Source of the DNA: a virus
DNA length: 64,000 nt
Virus record (IMG/VR): IMGVR_UViG_3300031521_000043
Span: 9,490-73,489 of that record
Strand: one strand, 5' to 3'
The notes under the pieces are model-generated. The model was not told the origin of the DNA. It saw only the letters and a program-made list of their open reading frames with translations, and did not search any database. Both the position numbers and the translations under genes were made by a program. Positions 20,388 through 30,737 of the stretch are shown here, in pieces; position 1 is the first letter of the stretch; each line of letters starts with the position of its first letter.

Positions 20388-21395
20388 TTATATAGGACTG
20401 GAATCCCAATATGTAGGCCCACATGTTATTATACTTGCATCCCAGTTATTTATATCTGTATCCCAATAAACAGATGATGCTGCTGTAATCGTTATTGCCG
20501 GTGTATACGAAGATGTACCAGCAGGATTTACTGCAAACATTCGATACCAATAAGTTACACTATGAGAAATGTTTGAGTCTGTGTAACTATATGACATACC
20601 ATTAAATAATTGGTTGTATAACACTCCATCAGTAGACTTTTCTATTACATAACTTGTTACCAACCAATTGTTTACATTCCAACTAATTATTGAAGATGTA
20701 GCGCAAACGTTATACAATACTGACATAATTGGCATATCAGGACGGTTAATTGCATCATAGAAATCACAATAATTTAAACTTCCTGTTACAAAGCCATTTA
20801 CAAATTCTCCTATTTCCTGTTGATGTGCAAAAATATTTTTTCCGGCGAATAAGTTACAATTTCCATCATCAGTTATTAAATAATCATTGTCTGTGGTTTT
20901 ATCATATATTACAATTGTATTTGGAATCATTTTTTCCCCATATACTAATTGTGGTATTTCAAACATTTTAAATTTATCTGCGAGAAATCTTTTTGTTTGA
21001 GACTTATCAAAATCTATTTGTTCAAGTCCCCATATCTTGGTAGGGTCGCGATAGTTGTTATAAAACATATTAACAACTTGAGAGTATACAACTCGTTGAT
21101 ATGTTCCATCATTATTTTTTGGGTCGGAGTCAGGATAGAAGATTCCTGACAGTTTTAATCCATCACGATAACGAGCTAAATCATTGGTTTGATTTTCCAA
21201 TGCAACATTACAATTGCTTGCAGTCACAGGAAAATTAGGCCCAAAAATAAGATACTCTATCCCAACAGGCAAACCATCACTGCCACTATGTTCCATGAGG
21301 ATAACATCCTCGTTTGTTACATTTGACAGTTCCCAATTTTTTGTAACAACGAACGGTGTGGTTTGTGTGTCATCTTTATGGAGTAACTTGAGCAT
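20388..21395 (-). CDS. Putative structural protein with C-terminal FN3 domain
   Basis: Paralogous N-terminus; C-terminal 'ISW...YVIEKSTDG...YTD...TYWYRMFAVNPAGTS' FN3 pattern. Confidence 0.75.
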   Translation of the reverse strand: MLKLLHKDDTQTTPFVVTKNWELSNVTNEDVILMEHSGSDGLPVGIEYLIFGPNFPVTASNCNVALENQTNDLARYRDGLKLSGIFYPDSDPKNNDGTYQRVVYSQVVNMFYNNYRDPTKIWGLEQIDFDKSQTKRFLADKFKMFEIPQLVYGEKMIPNTIVIYDKTTDNDYLITDDGNCNLFAGKNIFAHQQEIGEFVNGFVTGSLNYCDFYDAINRPDMPIMSVLYNVCATSSIISWNVNNWLVTSYVIEKSTDGVLYNQLFNGMSYSYTDSNISHSVTYWYRMFAVNPAGTSSYTPAITITAASSVYWDTDINNWDASIITCGPTYWDSSPI

Positions 21396-21404
21396 TTCAT
21401 TCTA

Positions 21405-22586
21405 TTAGAAATCTAGTCTAACTTTGATAAGTAATTCGTTATCGAACGTTTTCACAGCTGGACGGCTCAATTTAGCAACGGCGACAAGTTCATTAGTATC
21501 ATTATATAGACCGACAGTTGTAATGTATGTAGTCGGATTTGAAATAAAATCTTGATTGTAAATCAATCCTGCGGAATGTACTCCATCCGTTCCATCATAA
21601 ACATATGTTGGATTGTTTGAATAGTTAAAATCACGATTCATAACTCTGATAAAATAGTTCAATGAAGGAACATATTCAGATTTACGAACTTTGATGGTGG
21701 CATTTGCGTTTTGTATTGCCCAAGCAAACACTTCATGGTTCCATGTGGTAGGAATTAAAGAACCGGAACTTTGTCCTGGTATTGCAATTCCGTCTATACT
21801 GTTTGTTGTATAATTAGCCGGACATACTTTGCCATTTGGAGCAGTAGAACCTGATACACCATTTAGACCAATTAAATTATTAATTGTAGATGCATTAAAT
21901 ACAACAACACCATCATCTGGATAGAACAATCCTATACCCTGATATGGTGGCAATGTTGTTGTGGAATCATTAATCGAACCTTGTATCAAATTGTACACAG
22001 ATGATGCTTGAGATAAGAAAGGCGAATCATCACGAAGAGTGATAGACCCATTTGAACCTGATAATGTGATTTCAAAAACACCCTCGTCAATTTTATCTTT
22101 CATCTTATAAGAAGAAAAATTAATTACAAAAATATCTCTCGATTTAATCATCGTTGGATTTGCTGCGCTTCCTGATGCAAATTGAAATAGTCCAGATTCT
22201 CCTTCGCCCAAAAGTAAGTTTTGATATTGTGTATAAATTGCTTTTGGCGCAAAAGCTTTAATACTTGCAGTATCAAGATTAAAAGTTCCACTGCCAGATG
22301 CTTCGCAGTCATAATTTCCATATGCAACAGACATATATGGGTCATTATTAGATAACGTAGTTGAATCTGGAAACATATCAACATAGTACATTGTTCTACG
22401 AATATCATAAATTGATGTTCCATATGATGGTGATGGTGTAACAGATGATTGCGTCAAAGCATAAAAATTGTCTGTTAATCCGCTTTGGCTGATAAATGTG
22501 ATTCCATCAGGCCAAAATCCACTATCGATACGATTCGTTCTTCCTGCAACGATGTCTGTATTTGCGTTTAATTGATTAAATATCAT
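21405..22586 (-). CDS. Putative baseplate/tail structural protein
   Basis: C-terminal 'YITTVGLYNDTNELVAVAKLSRP' shared with 15290-17980. Confidence 0.7.
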   Translation of the reverse strand: MIFNQLNANTDIVAGRTNRIDSGFWPDGITFISQSGLTDNFYALTQSSVTPSPSYGTSIYDIRRTMYYVDMFPDSTTLSNNDPYMSVAYGNYDCEASGSGTFNLDTASIKAFAPKAIYTQYQNLLLGEGESGLFQFASGSAANPTMIKSRDIFVINFSSYKMKDKIDEGVFEITLSGSNGSITLRDDSPFLSQASSVYNLIQGSINDSTTTLPPYQGIGLFYPDDGVVVFNASTINNLIGLNGVSGSTAPNGKVCPANYTTNSIDGIAIPGQSSGSLIPTTWNHEVFAWAIQNANATIKVRKSEYVPSLNYFIRVMNRDFNYSNNPTYVYDGTDGVHSAGLIYNQDFISNPTTYITTVGLYNDTNELVAVAKLSRPAVKTFDNELLIKVRLDF

Positions 22587-22600
22587 ATGCTATGTTTCTG

Positions 22601-23242
22601 TTATACTGTGGTTGGAACAGTCACCGTGACTTCAATACTCAAACTTCCTCCGGATTCATTTCCGATGATTGTTAAAGTTGTAGAAGTAGTCTGTCCCAAA
22701 CTACTGTTTGGAATAAATCTGAACGTTTGACCGACAACGACCTGTGCGCTGGTCGTATTAATATCTCCTGCAAATGTTGGAATTGTACTAGATACAGAGT
22801 TGATAGAATTTGCTTGGTCTACAATTAACACTCCGACGTTTTTATTTCCTAAAATTGCCGTATAACCTAATGTCAAATTGTATGCCGGATTTGTTGATGG
22901 AGAAATTGAAATAGTTCCTGTATAACTACTTGGAACGGAAATTTTATCTTGTGCAATGCTAATTACAGGAATTGTTGTTACACCTTGATTCAAACTAACC
23001 AATTTGTATTTCATTACCTGAGTTTCGTCGGACACAGGTTCGAATACAGGAGTATTTCTTATAGCGATATCATAAAACGCACTACCGTTTGGATGATTTG
23101 GCTGATAAAGTGTATAATCAATTTCATCATCGGCTAATCCAAAACTGGTGATGCTAAGATTGCCATTTTGCGCTAAAAGTTGACGACCTTTGGTTGTCAA
23201 AATTGCATCTACTGTTATTGTTGTATTGTCTACGTATGCCAT
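22601..23242 (-). CDS. Putative baseplate/tail structural protein
   Basis: 'DAILTTKGRQLLA...ITSFGLADDEIDY' fibre-attachment-like N-terminus. Confidence 0.7.
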   Translation of the reverse strand: MAYVDNTTITVDAILTTKGRQLLAQNGNLSITSFGLADDEIDYTLYQPNHPNGSAFYDIAIRNTPVFEPVSDETQVMKYKLVSLNQGVTTIPVISIAQDKISVPSSYTGTISISPSTNPAYNLTLGYTAILGNKNVGVLIVDQANSINSVSSTIPTFAGDINTTSAQVVVGQTFRFIPNSSLGQTTSTTLTIIGNESGGSLSIEVTVTVPTTV

Positions 23243-23324
23243 ATCGTTTATTCCTAAGTTTTAATTCACACTATTACATAAATAGAATGATTTCACCATT
23301 TCGTGTCCGTTTTTATGGTTTTGT

Positions 23325-26300
23325 TTATGTTAGATAATGTTTATCTTTTATATTTTTACCCTGTTTTGACTTATTTCCGATGTTAAGCTGTCCTGTAGTT
23401 GGGGTGACGGTACCTGCCACAGAAGATGGAATGTTCTGAATCACGTTGGTCGTATTGATTATGTTTACATTACTTGTATCGGACGTTTGTACAGGATAAC
23501 TACCATCATTAATACCTTGTTCGTTGATAGTTGTATTGATTGTCTGTCTTCCTTTTATAAAAATACCTTGACTAATTGTTCCATATTTCGTTTTAGAAAA
23601 CTGTTGCGCTTTATGAATATAATGATTTCTAGGATATCCTGTCACTAATTCAAAATATTGTGCGACCGAGTTCAAATTTAATGAAAAGTTTGTTTTTAAT
23701 ATTGGTGTAAGACTGTTAGCTATTGCAAATATATTACTTACTTTTTGGTCAGGAGTGTTTAAGAACGTATTAACTGCATGTAAGTATGAGTTATTCACAG
23801 CATCGTAGTTATATGATAAACTAGACGAATTATAGACGGACAAATATATTTGGTCTGTAAAATATACCAAATTTCTCATATAATACTCATCAACAACAAT
23901 ATATTTATAAAGATATATAGATGCCGATGCGTATGTATTTTCCAAAGGATTTGTAGTATGGGTATAATTTCCGGTCTTTGTATAGTAATAATACTTATCC
24001 CACACTTTTAACATATAATAAACTATAGGATGATTTCCGTGATTTGACCCTGAGAAAAATTTATTAGAATAGTTTACACCTTGGTCTGGTCCAATTAAAA
24101 ATCTACCATTATCTCCTGGTTGGTTTGTTACCGAACCATTAATTGGTCGAGTATATCCTACTGGTAAAGTTCCAGTAGAAGATGTCTCCCACAATCTAGG
24201 GAGAGTTTCAAAATTTGGATAAAATCCTTGTTGAACGTTATCCATACAGTCAGTGTAATATCCGTCATTAAAGTTACATTGCCAACTGCGGACTGGATTG
24301 CCTGTATATCTTAAATCAAAGACTGTGTTGTAGTTTGGAGGCATCGAATTTGACATAGATATTTGCAAACTTGGATTTGAGTCGTTGATTTTAGAAAAAT
24401 CCGTATTGAAATTTATCCATAGAGGAACGGTATCAAATTTATAAATGTTGTTTATAATAGACTGTCTAGTCGATTGATATGATATTTGCGCACTGGATGT
24501 CAAAGGTCTGTTTTGATATTTTGGTCTTTCTAATAACGTTGGTTCTACCACAACGCCCATATACGCATTGGCTCTTGCTGGAATGATATTTTTTATTGCT
24601 TGAAAAATCGACTTATCAAAATAGAACTTATAAACTGTCAATAATTCATTGAAATATGTTCTTTTGTTTCCGTTTAAGTTGTATTGATAATTTTTATTTC
24701 TTAAATCATAATATCTATCACTATAAAGATTTGATGGGTCGCCTAAAAACTCCATGATACCAGTTTTACCAACATATCTCAAAATATCTTTGTTCTTCGA
24801 ATCTTGGGGGTCAATAAAAAATCCTAGTTGATTGGATTCTCCTGAAACAGACGAATCAGGTTCACTAGTAGACCTATTAAATGAATCTAATCTAGCATCT
24901 AATGTATAACTCAATCTGTTAATTTTTAGATTTTTGTATTTGTTTGGGCCATATTTTGATGCGTTTATGTTTTGTTCATAAGTTAATTCATCGAATTGAT
25001 ATGGATATACCGATTGTGACACCCAACTACACACAGGCGCACCTACGAATGATGCTGAGAATGCATTTCCTATTGCGGCTGGAAAGTTATAAGCAATAAT
25101 ATCTACCGAGCCTGTCGGATAATACGCTCTCCATACATTGTTTATAATGTTAACTGACGCAGAATATAATGTAGGATTGACTGTTGTAAATGTATTATTT
25201 GTATAATAATTTGGAATATTGTAGTATGCGGAATCATTACTTACCCAAACTTTACCTGTATTTGAATACATATTTTGTGGATAATCCCAATTAAGTCTTA
25301 TCCATAAATTTTGGTCTGCCACAGACCCGCTATAACCATACGAATTTAAATCGTTTACGTGTTCTTCGAAATCTGCGTTGTCAATTGGAACATCCCAAAT
25401 TGATAACTTATCCAACGTCCCTTTTAAATTTCCGTTTGTTAACCTAAACCTCCCCCATTGAGAGAAGATTTTGTTATCATCATTGTAAAGTATGGCGCTG
25501 GACGTTGAATAGAAAATTCTATTTCCACGTTCGTTTCTTTGAACGGTCAAATCATATTCTAATGGAATTTCGTTAATGTCTAATGCCGGCTCAAATAACG
25601 AATCCGGCTGATTTCTTCTAACCATTACACTAAAAATATCTCCATTAAATATTGGTAATGCGCTACTTGTTATTGAAGTTCCAGAAGAACCAGAACCCAT
25701 TTGAAATATCACTTTACCTGTAGATTGGCCAGGAACTTTATAGAATCCAACAGTCCAATTAAAGTTCGCTGAACTGGTGAATTGATATGGGATGCTTGTA
25801 AATAATGGAACATATGTGAAATCTTCATATACATCCGATGTTAGTTTATCTATAGAAAACTTAAATTCTACAGTATTAGTTGAATATGGAATTGGGCCTT
25901 CAATGTAATCTCCTATACCAGAAAAATTTAACATGTAAGTTTTTTCATCCAACGCATAAGTTGGAGATGTATCGTCGGCATAATCGGTTCCGCCGTATTC
26001 CCGAACAGTTATCATCGATGATGGCAATCCATAACATGACATCAAATAATTAACACACTCCAAAGTTCCTTTGGTCTTATACAATCCAGGCAAACTTACT
26101 AAAATACGATTCCAAATAGTTTGTAATCTTTGTTGTCCTGACAACGCATTATAAGATGCTGAATCCATGCTGTTCAGATACACTTCGTCAATATCCAATG
26201 AACCAATAATATCATCAACATTCCACCCAAATGAATACAACATTTCTTTTAAAGTATTGTTTGGAATGCTTGATGTTAATTCGTTTCTTACTTGCCTTTC

Positions 26301-28172
26301 TATAGGCATAGCAGAAATATATGTATAGATGTTATCGAAATGATGACCTGCCATGTTTAAGAACGTCAAATAATCGGAATTGTTTGAATCGGTTCTGATA
26401 TAATCAGGAACATTTGTATATAAACTATCTCTGTTATTTCTGTCGTATAAATTAGCTCTTAAATCTTCATCTGATACATAACTTGCGCTATAAAATGTAC
26501 TAGATACTGCGTTATATTTATACTTTCCATTGTTAAAAAGATAAGAATCAAATCCATCAAAAGAGTTTACAATTTGCGTTGTTTGTAAAGTTAAGTCTGC
26601 ATATTCTTTTGAATAGTATGGGTATGATACTGATGATGATAATGAAACATCATACCGTCTGTTTAATTCAGATATAGACGAACTTAAAATAGTCCATTGA
26701 ATCATCTTATTTTTGAAAATACTAAGACGATTTTGCGCAGATGAAAAAACAATAAAGTTAGAATAATCGCTGTAATCCGTATTTAATTCGGCAATTTTTT
26801 TGTTAACTTGAACATTATCATTTGTATTGGCATTACTTGTTAAATCATCGGACGAATACAATTGGTTTGTATTTTCTTTATTAATTAAATTTTGTGGCGA
26901 ACCAAAATTTGGCGGAGAAATTTTTATAGTCTGATATTTTACCGGATTCTGAATGATTACCGTAAAGATATAAGGCGTCATACCGAAGTTTGATACCCAA
27001 CATGTATCTTTAACAGAAATATCATAAGGCAATGCCTCAGATAACTTTATAATTAACGTTAATGGGTCGGTTGGAGATGTCTTCTCATCAATATACGCCG
27101 TATTTAATATTGAAAAATATCTGTTATTTCCAAAATTTAAAACATTTTTAAACTGTCCAAAATATTTTGTTTCATAACTTTGTTTCAATGGAGTAACTGA
27201 AACATCATAAAAATATGTAACAAAATAATCATAACAAAATTGACGCATGTCACTATAATTTTTGTCTTGAGAATTCAAAAATTGATTAAATACTTCATCT
27301 AATCTGGTGTTTACAAAGTTAATGTAAAGATTACGTATATCATCAAAATCGGCAATCTGTTCATAATTTTGTAATAAAAAGTTGTTATAATACGTTTTTA
27401 TACCTTGTATTCTTGTAAGAGTTGACGAAGATGTACTAATATTCGTTATAGTTGGAGATGAATATTTTATAAAATCCTCATACAAATTTCTTAAGAAAGT
27501 TATTATAGAACCATCATCAGTAAGAAAGAAAACGAATTTTAAATATGATATACCGGCTTGATAAGTGTTTAACGAACTCATCTTCTTATAAACACTATCA
27601 TATGAAAAATTTTTAGATATTGACAATAATACCGAAGCAACATCTTTTATTGGAAACTTTTTTATACAAAAAGAATTATATTGTATATCAGATTTTTGAG
27701 ATGGTATCAACTTGATTTCAGTTCTTGACGTTGATATATCTTTAATTGTTAATGATGAAGATATGCTTCCTGCTATATTTCTTACAAAATTATAACCGAC
27801 TACATAGTTTCCTTCTGTAATTCCTATTTGATTTAAATCGGACGAAGGTTGAATTAATATTTTATCATTCTTGTAAAACGTAAAAGGATTTACAAGTTGA
27901 TTGTATGAATAGGTCGTCGGCGTATTTAAACTATTCAAATATGTTAATGTAATAGTTTGAAAATTTTTATCTTGGTCTAAAATTCCCCAAGCTACTTGAG
28001 TTTGGTCATCTGTAGAATATGAAGAAACTTCAATTGCGTCATTTGAAGACAATCCAAACCATATATCTGAACTCTGAGAGACATAAAACAAAGAAGTATC
28101 ATTACTGTCCAGATATGAGCCGGATTTAATGCTTCCTGTGTATTCTCCTAAAACTGGGTATGGTAATGACAT
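23325..28172 (-). CDS. Large baseplate wedge-like protein
   Basis: 1615 aa; 'LYKTKGT' and 'IPARA..G' motifs as in gp7-like wedge proteins; LamG-like central part; baseplate context. Confidence 0.65.
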   Translation of the reverse strand: MSLPYPVLGEYTGSIKSGSYLDSNDTSLFYVSQSSDIWFGLSSNDAIEVSSYSTDDQTQVAWGILDQDKNFQTITLTYLNSLNTPTTYSYNQLVNPFTFYKNDKILIQPSSDLNQIGITEGNYVVGYNFVRNIAGSISSSLTIKDISTSRTEIKLIPSQKSDIQYNSFCIKKFPIKDVASVLLSISKNFSYDSVYKKMSSLNTYQAGISYLKFVFFLTDDGSIITFLRNLYEDFIKYSSPTITNISTSSSTLTRIQGIKTYYNNFLLQNYEQIADFDDIRNLYINFVNTRLDEVFNQFLNSQDKNYSDMRQFCYDYFVTYFYDVSVTPLKQSYETKYFGQFKNVLNFGNNRYFSILNTAYIDEKTSPTDPLTLIIKLSEALPYDISVKDTCWVSNFGMTPYIFTVIIQNPVKYQTIKISPPNFGSPQNLINKENTNQLYSSDDLTSNANTNDNVQVNKKIAELNTDYSDYSNFIVFSSAQNRLSIFKNKMIQWTILSSSISELNRRYDVSLSSSVSYPYYSKEYADLTLQTTQIVNSFDGFDSYLFNNGKYKYNAVSSTFYSASYVSDEDLRANLYDRNNRDSLYTNVPDYIRTDSNNSDYLTFLNMAGHHFDNIYTYISAMPIERQVRNELTSSIPNNTLKEMLYSFGWNVDDIIGSLDIDEVYLNSMDSASYNALSGQQRLQTIWNRILVSLPGLYKTKGTLECVNYLMSCYGLPSSMITVREYGGTDYADDTSPTYALDEKTYMLNFSGIGDYIEGPIPYSTNTVEFKFSIDKLTSDVYEDFTYVPLFTSIPYQFTSSANFNWTVGFYKVPGQSTGKVIFQMGSGSSGTSITSSALPIFNGDIFSVMVRRNQPDSLFEPALDINEIPLEYDLTVQRNERGNRIFYSTSSAILYNDDNKIFSQWGRFRLTNGNLKGTLDKLSIWDVPIDNADFEEHVNDLNSYGYSGSVADQNLWIRLNWDYPQNMYSNTGKVWVSNDSAYYNIPNYYTNNTFTTVNPTLYSASVNIINNVWRAYYPTGSVDIIAYNFPAAIGNAFSASFVGAPVCSWVSQSVYPYQFDELTYEQNINASKYGPNKYKNLKINRLSYTLDARLDSFNRSTSEPDSSVSGESNQLGFFIDPQDSKNKDILRYVGKTGIMEFLGDPSNLYSDRYYDLRNKNYQYNLNGNKRTYFNELLTVYKFYFDKSIFQAIKNIIPARANAYMGVVVEPTLLERPKYQNRPLTSSAQISYQSTRQSIINNIYKFDTVPLWINFNTDFSKINDSNPSLQISMSNSMPPNYNTVFDLRYTGNPVRSWQCNFNDGYYTDCMDNVQQGFYPNFETLPRLWETSSTGTLPVGYTRPINGSVTNQPGDNGRFLIGPDQGVNYSNKFFSGSNHGNHPIVYYMLKVWDKYYYYTKTGNYTHTTNPLENTYASASIYLYKYIVVDEYYMRNLVYFTDQIYLSVYNSSSLSYNYDAVNNSYLHAVNTFLNTPDQKVSNIFAIANSLTPILKTNFSLNLNSVAQYFELVTGYPRNHYIHKAQQFSKTKYGTISQGIFIKGRQTINTTINEQGINDGSYPVQTSDTSNVNIINTTNVIQNIPSSVAGTVTPTTGQLNIGNKSKQGKNIKDKHYLT

Positions 28173-28175
28173 ATT

Positions 28176-28661
28176 TTATCCTAATGTTGGGGTTTGTGAT
28201 TCCAATGGAATTGGGAGATACGGATAAACATCTTGAAAATCACTTGTTAACGACCCTTGACCTAATTGAATTCTCAAATTTATAATTGTATTTTTTATAG
28301 ATTGTGCATCAGCTGACCCGCTGTTCATTTCACTGGAAATAATCAAATTTTGTAATTGGTTTTGTAACTGGACATTCTGATAAGTTACCGCATTAATTTG
28401 GTCAATCGCATCTTGTGGAAATATAGACGCAGTCAATGTTGAACTGGTTATAGTTGTTGGAATAAATTCAGTAAAAGTAGAGTCATAAAATGATTCTATT
28501 CTTGATGTGTTGTAAATGTAATTTCTCAATGGAATTGAGAAATATACCTGTTGAAATACAGATGATGATGGATTTACAATTTCGTTGCCAACAACATCAA
28601 AAATGTATGTGTAGGTTCCGTTTGTCGTAAAATCTGCTATCTGTTGGCTAAAATCTGTCAT
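28176..28661 (-). CDS. Hypothetical structural protein
   Basis: 161 aa ORF tightly packed in the baseplate operon. Confidence 0.65.
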   Translation of the reverse strand: MTDFSQQIADFTTNGTYTYIFDVVGNEIVNPSSSVFQQVYFSIPLRNYIYNTSRIESFYDSTFTEFIPTTITSSTLTASIFPQDAIDQINAVTYQNVQLQNQLQNLIISSEMNSGSADAQSIKNTIINLRIQLGQGSLTSDFQDVYPYLPIPLESQTPTLG

Positions 28662-28663
28662 TT

Positions 28664-30736
28664 TTATCTCACAATCTTGAATATGTTACCTTTATCAAAA
28701 GTATATATCGTTCCGTTCTCTTCAACCCTGATTAAAAGTTTAAAATACCTCTCTTGTGGGTAACTTGTGGTGTCTAATAGGAAATAATTTCCATTTTGGT
28801 CACAACTTATCTGGGTATAATTATCGAAATCAAGTATTATTTGCTCAGTTTCGTTATCTTTAATCGCGTAGTATGATGATGATGGTAAGTATTGTGGTGT
28901 TAAAAATTGTGTAAATTGAGTTTGACGATTGAAATTTTTCAATGGAAATTGTTGACGACCAAATACGTTTATCTTAATAACATCACCTGACTTTACAGAA
29001 GATGGGATGTTTTGTAATACTGTTGTAAAAGGTTTTTGAACATTTACAGGCGATAAACTAGATGATGTTATGTTTAAACTACTTGTATAAAAATAACTAG
29101 AACTCAAAATACTTCCTGAAAATGGCGCATATATTTGTGTTCCTTTTAATGGGCCTGTAGTAAATACACCACTAAAGGTTCCATAATTATATAATCCATA
29201 ACTAGCCGAAAGATTTGTAATAGAACCAAATGCAGTTCCGTTAACATAATCTCCATAGAACGATACAAATAAAGCGGTAGGATATAATGGTTTAAATGGA
29301 TAACTTGAACTCATATGAGTTCCTATTATCATAGATTCTTTCCAACTACCAATTAGTGTTCCATATCCAAGTATATATCCATTGATTAAACTTGAAGTAA
29401 ATGTACTTCCGCTGAAATTTCCATCTATAATTATTCCCATCAAATATGAAGAAGTTACTTGGTATTCACTACAATTCGAACCTGAGAATCCTGGGCCAAA
29501 TTCTTGTTGATACAAATGGTCGCTTGTCCAATCGTATTGGTTAAATGTATTAAATTCATGACCCCAACCGTAAATGTCATGTCCTTCATATTGTGTTTGA
29601 TTTTGTCCTGGACCAGGATAATTAAATCCTGCGCCAAACTGTGGTGTACAAGCTTGACAAGTGTGTGTTATAGTATCAATTGAGTGACTTATTGACCCTG
29701 AAAAATTGCCCACTATAGACATACTAACTATTAATCCGTTTACTCCTGTAGCTATCATCAACCCACTAGCGTTTTCAAAAAAGAATGACGATGTTGTCAT
29801 TGAAGAAGTATCATAACTAGATGAGAAACTTGAACTGAATGTTATGTTTGCAAAACCCGTAAATCCTCCATATAACGAACCGCTTATAGAAGCGCTGTCA
29901 GATACCGTGGCCAAAAGTCCGGCATCAATAGATGAAATATTTGCGCTGGCTGTTATTATACTTCCTGTTGACCAAGAAAAATCATTAGACCAACCAACAT
30001 CTAAAACTGGTTCATAAATTGTATTTGTATCTTTACTAAAGAAATACAATCCAAAACCTGAGCCCGTTGATTGAAATTCATCACTACTAATTAAAACTAT
30101 ACCGTTATTTTGGACAGTTCCATTTATCCAAGCATTTACGATTGGTGTAACGTCCATATTAATATCACCGACCTGATAATCGAATGATTGTGTCACGGAA
30201 ATAGATTGGATATAAGATGAACCGGTAGTCGTCCAAGGAGTTCCGTTTTTAAAATCTCTATAAATCCAGCTTGCGCCGGCCGTAGACCCATTATCAGAAA
30301 TATATCCGTCCCCCATCACCCAACTTTGTGAAATTGGAAACGCATAAATATTATATCTAATAGGTAATTCCATCTCTCTTGCTACGTTTAATTTAAGTTT
30401 AAATTTAGGATTTGTTATATCTCCGTCTGCAATAGATTTTGAAATTGATGTTACATCAAACTGAACCAATACTCTTTGAATATATGTGTTTACTACTGTT
30501 TTTTTAGAGTAACTTCCAGTAGGATTATCACCCCAAGGAGTTATCCAATTATCCCAAGACGAAGATGGACAATATATATTTTCCCAATTTACTCCTATTT
30601 CTGTAGGTACCTGTATTGCTACTGTCGCAGCAGTTGTTCCTACTCGTAGAATTTCATCTATTCCAAAGTTTAAATCGGTGAATCCGGCGACATTAGTTAT
30701 GAATGTGTCTTGTGATGGATAAATGAAATGATGCAT
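28664..30736 (-). CDS. Structural protein with DNRLRE-like domain
   Basis: 'YPSQDTFI', 'RVLVQFDV', 'DVTPIVNAW..NNG', 'FFSKDT..YEPVL'; ATG at 30736. Confidence 0.65.
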   Translation of the reverse strand: MHHFIYPSQDTFITNVAGFTDLNFGIDEILRVGTTAATVAIQVPTEIGVNWENIYCPSSSWDNWITPWGDNPTGSYSKKTVVNTYIQRVLVQFDVTSISKSIADGDITNPKFKLKLNVAREMELPIRYNIYAFPISQSWVMGDGYISDNGSTAGASWIYRDFKNGTPWTTTGSSYIQSISVTQSFDYQVGDINMDVTPIVNAWINGTVQNNGIVLISSDEFQSTGSGFGLYFFSKDTNTIYEPVLDVGWSNDFSWSTGSIITASANISSIDAGLLATVSDSASISGSLYGGFTGFANITFSSSFSSSYDTSSMTTSSFFFENASGLMIATGVNGLIVSMSIVGNFSGSISHSIDTITHTCQACTPQFGAGFNYPGPGQNQTQYEGHDIYGWGHEFNTFNQYDWTSDHLYQQEFGPGFSGSNCSEYQVTSSYLMGIIIDGNFSGSTFTSSLINGYILGYGTLIGSWKESMIIGTHMSSSYPFKPLYPTALFVSFYGDYVNGTAFGSITNLSASYGLYNYGTFSGVFTTGPLKGTQIYAPFSGSILSSSYFYTSSLNITSSSLSPVNVQKPFTTVLQNIPSSVKSGDVIKINVFGRQQFPLKNFNRQTQFTQFLTPQYLPSSSYYAIKDNETEQIILDFDNYTQISCDQNGNYFLLDTTSYPQERYFKLLIRVEENGTIYTFDKGNIFKIVR

Positions 30737-30737
30737 A

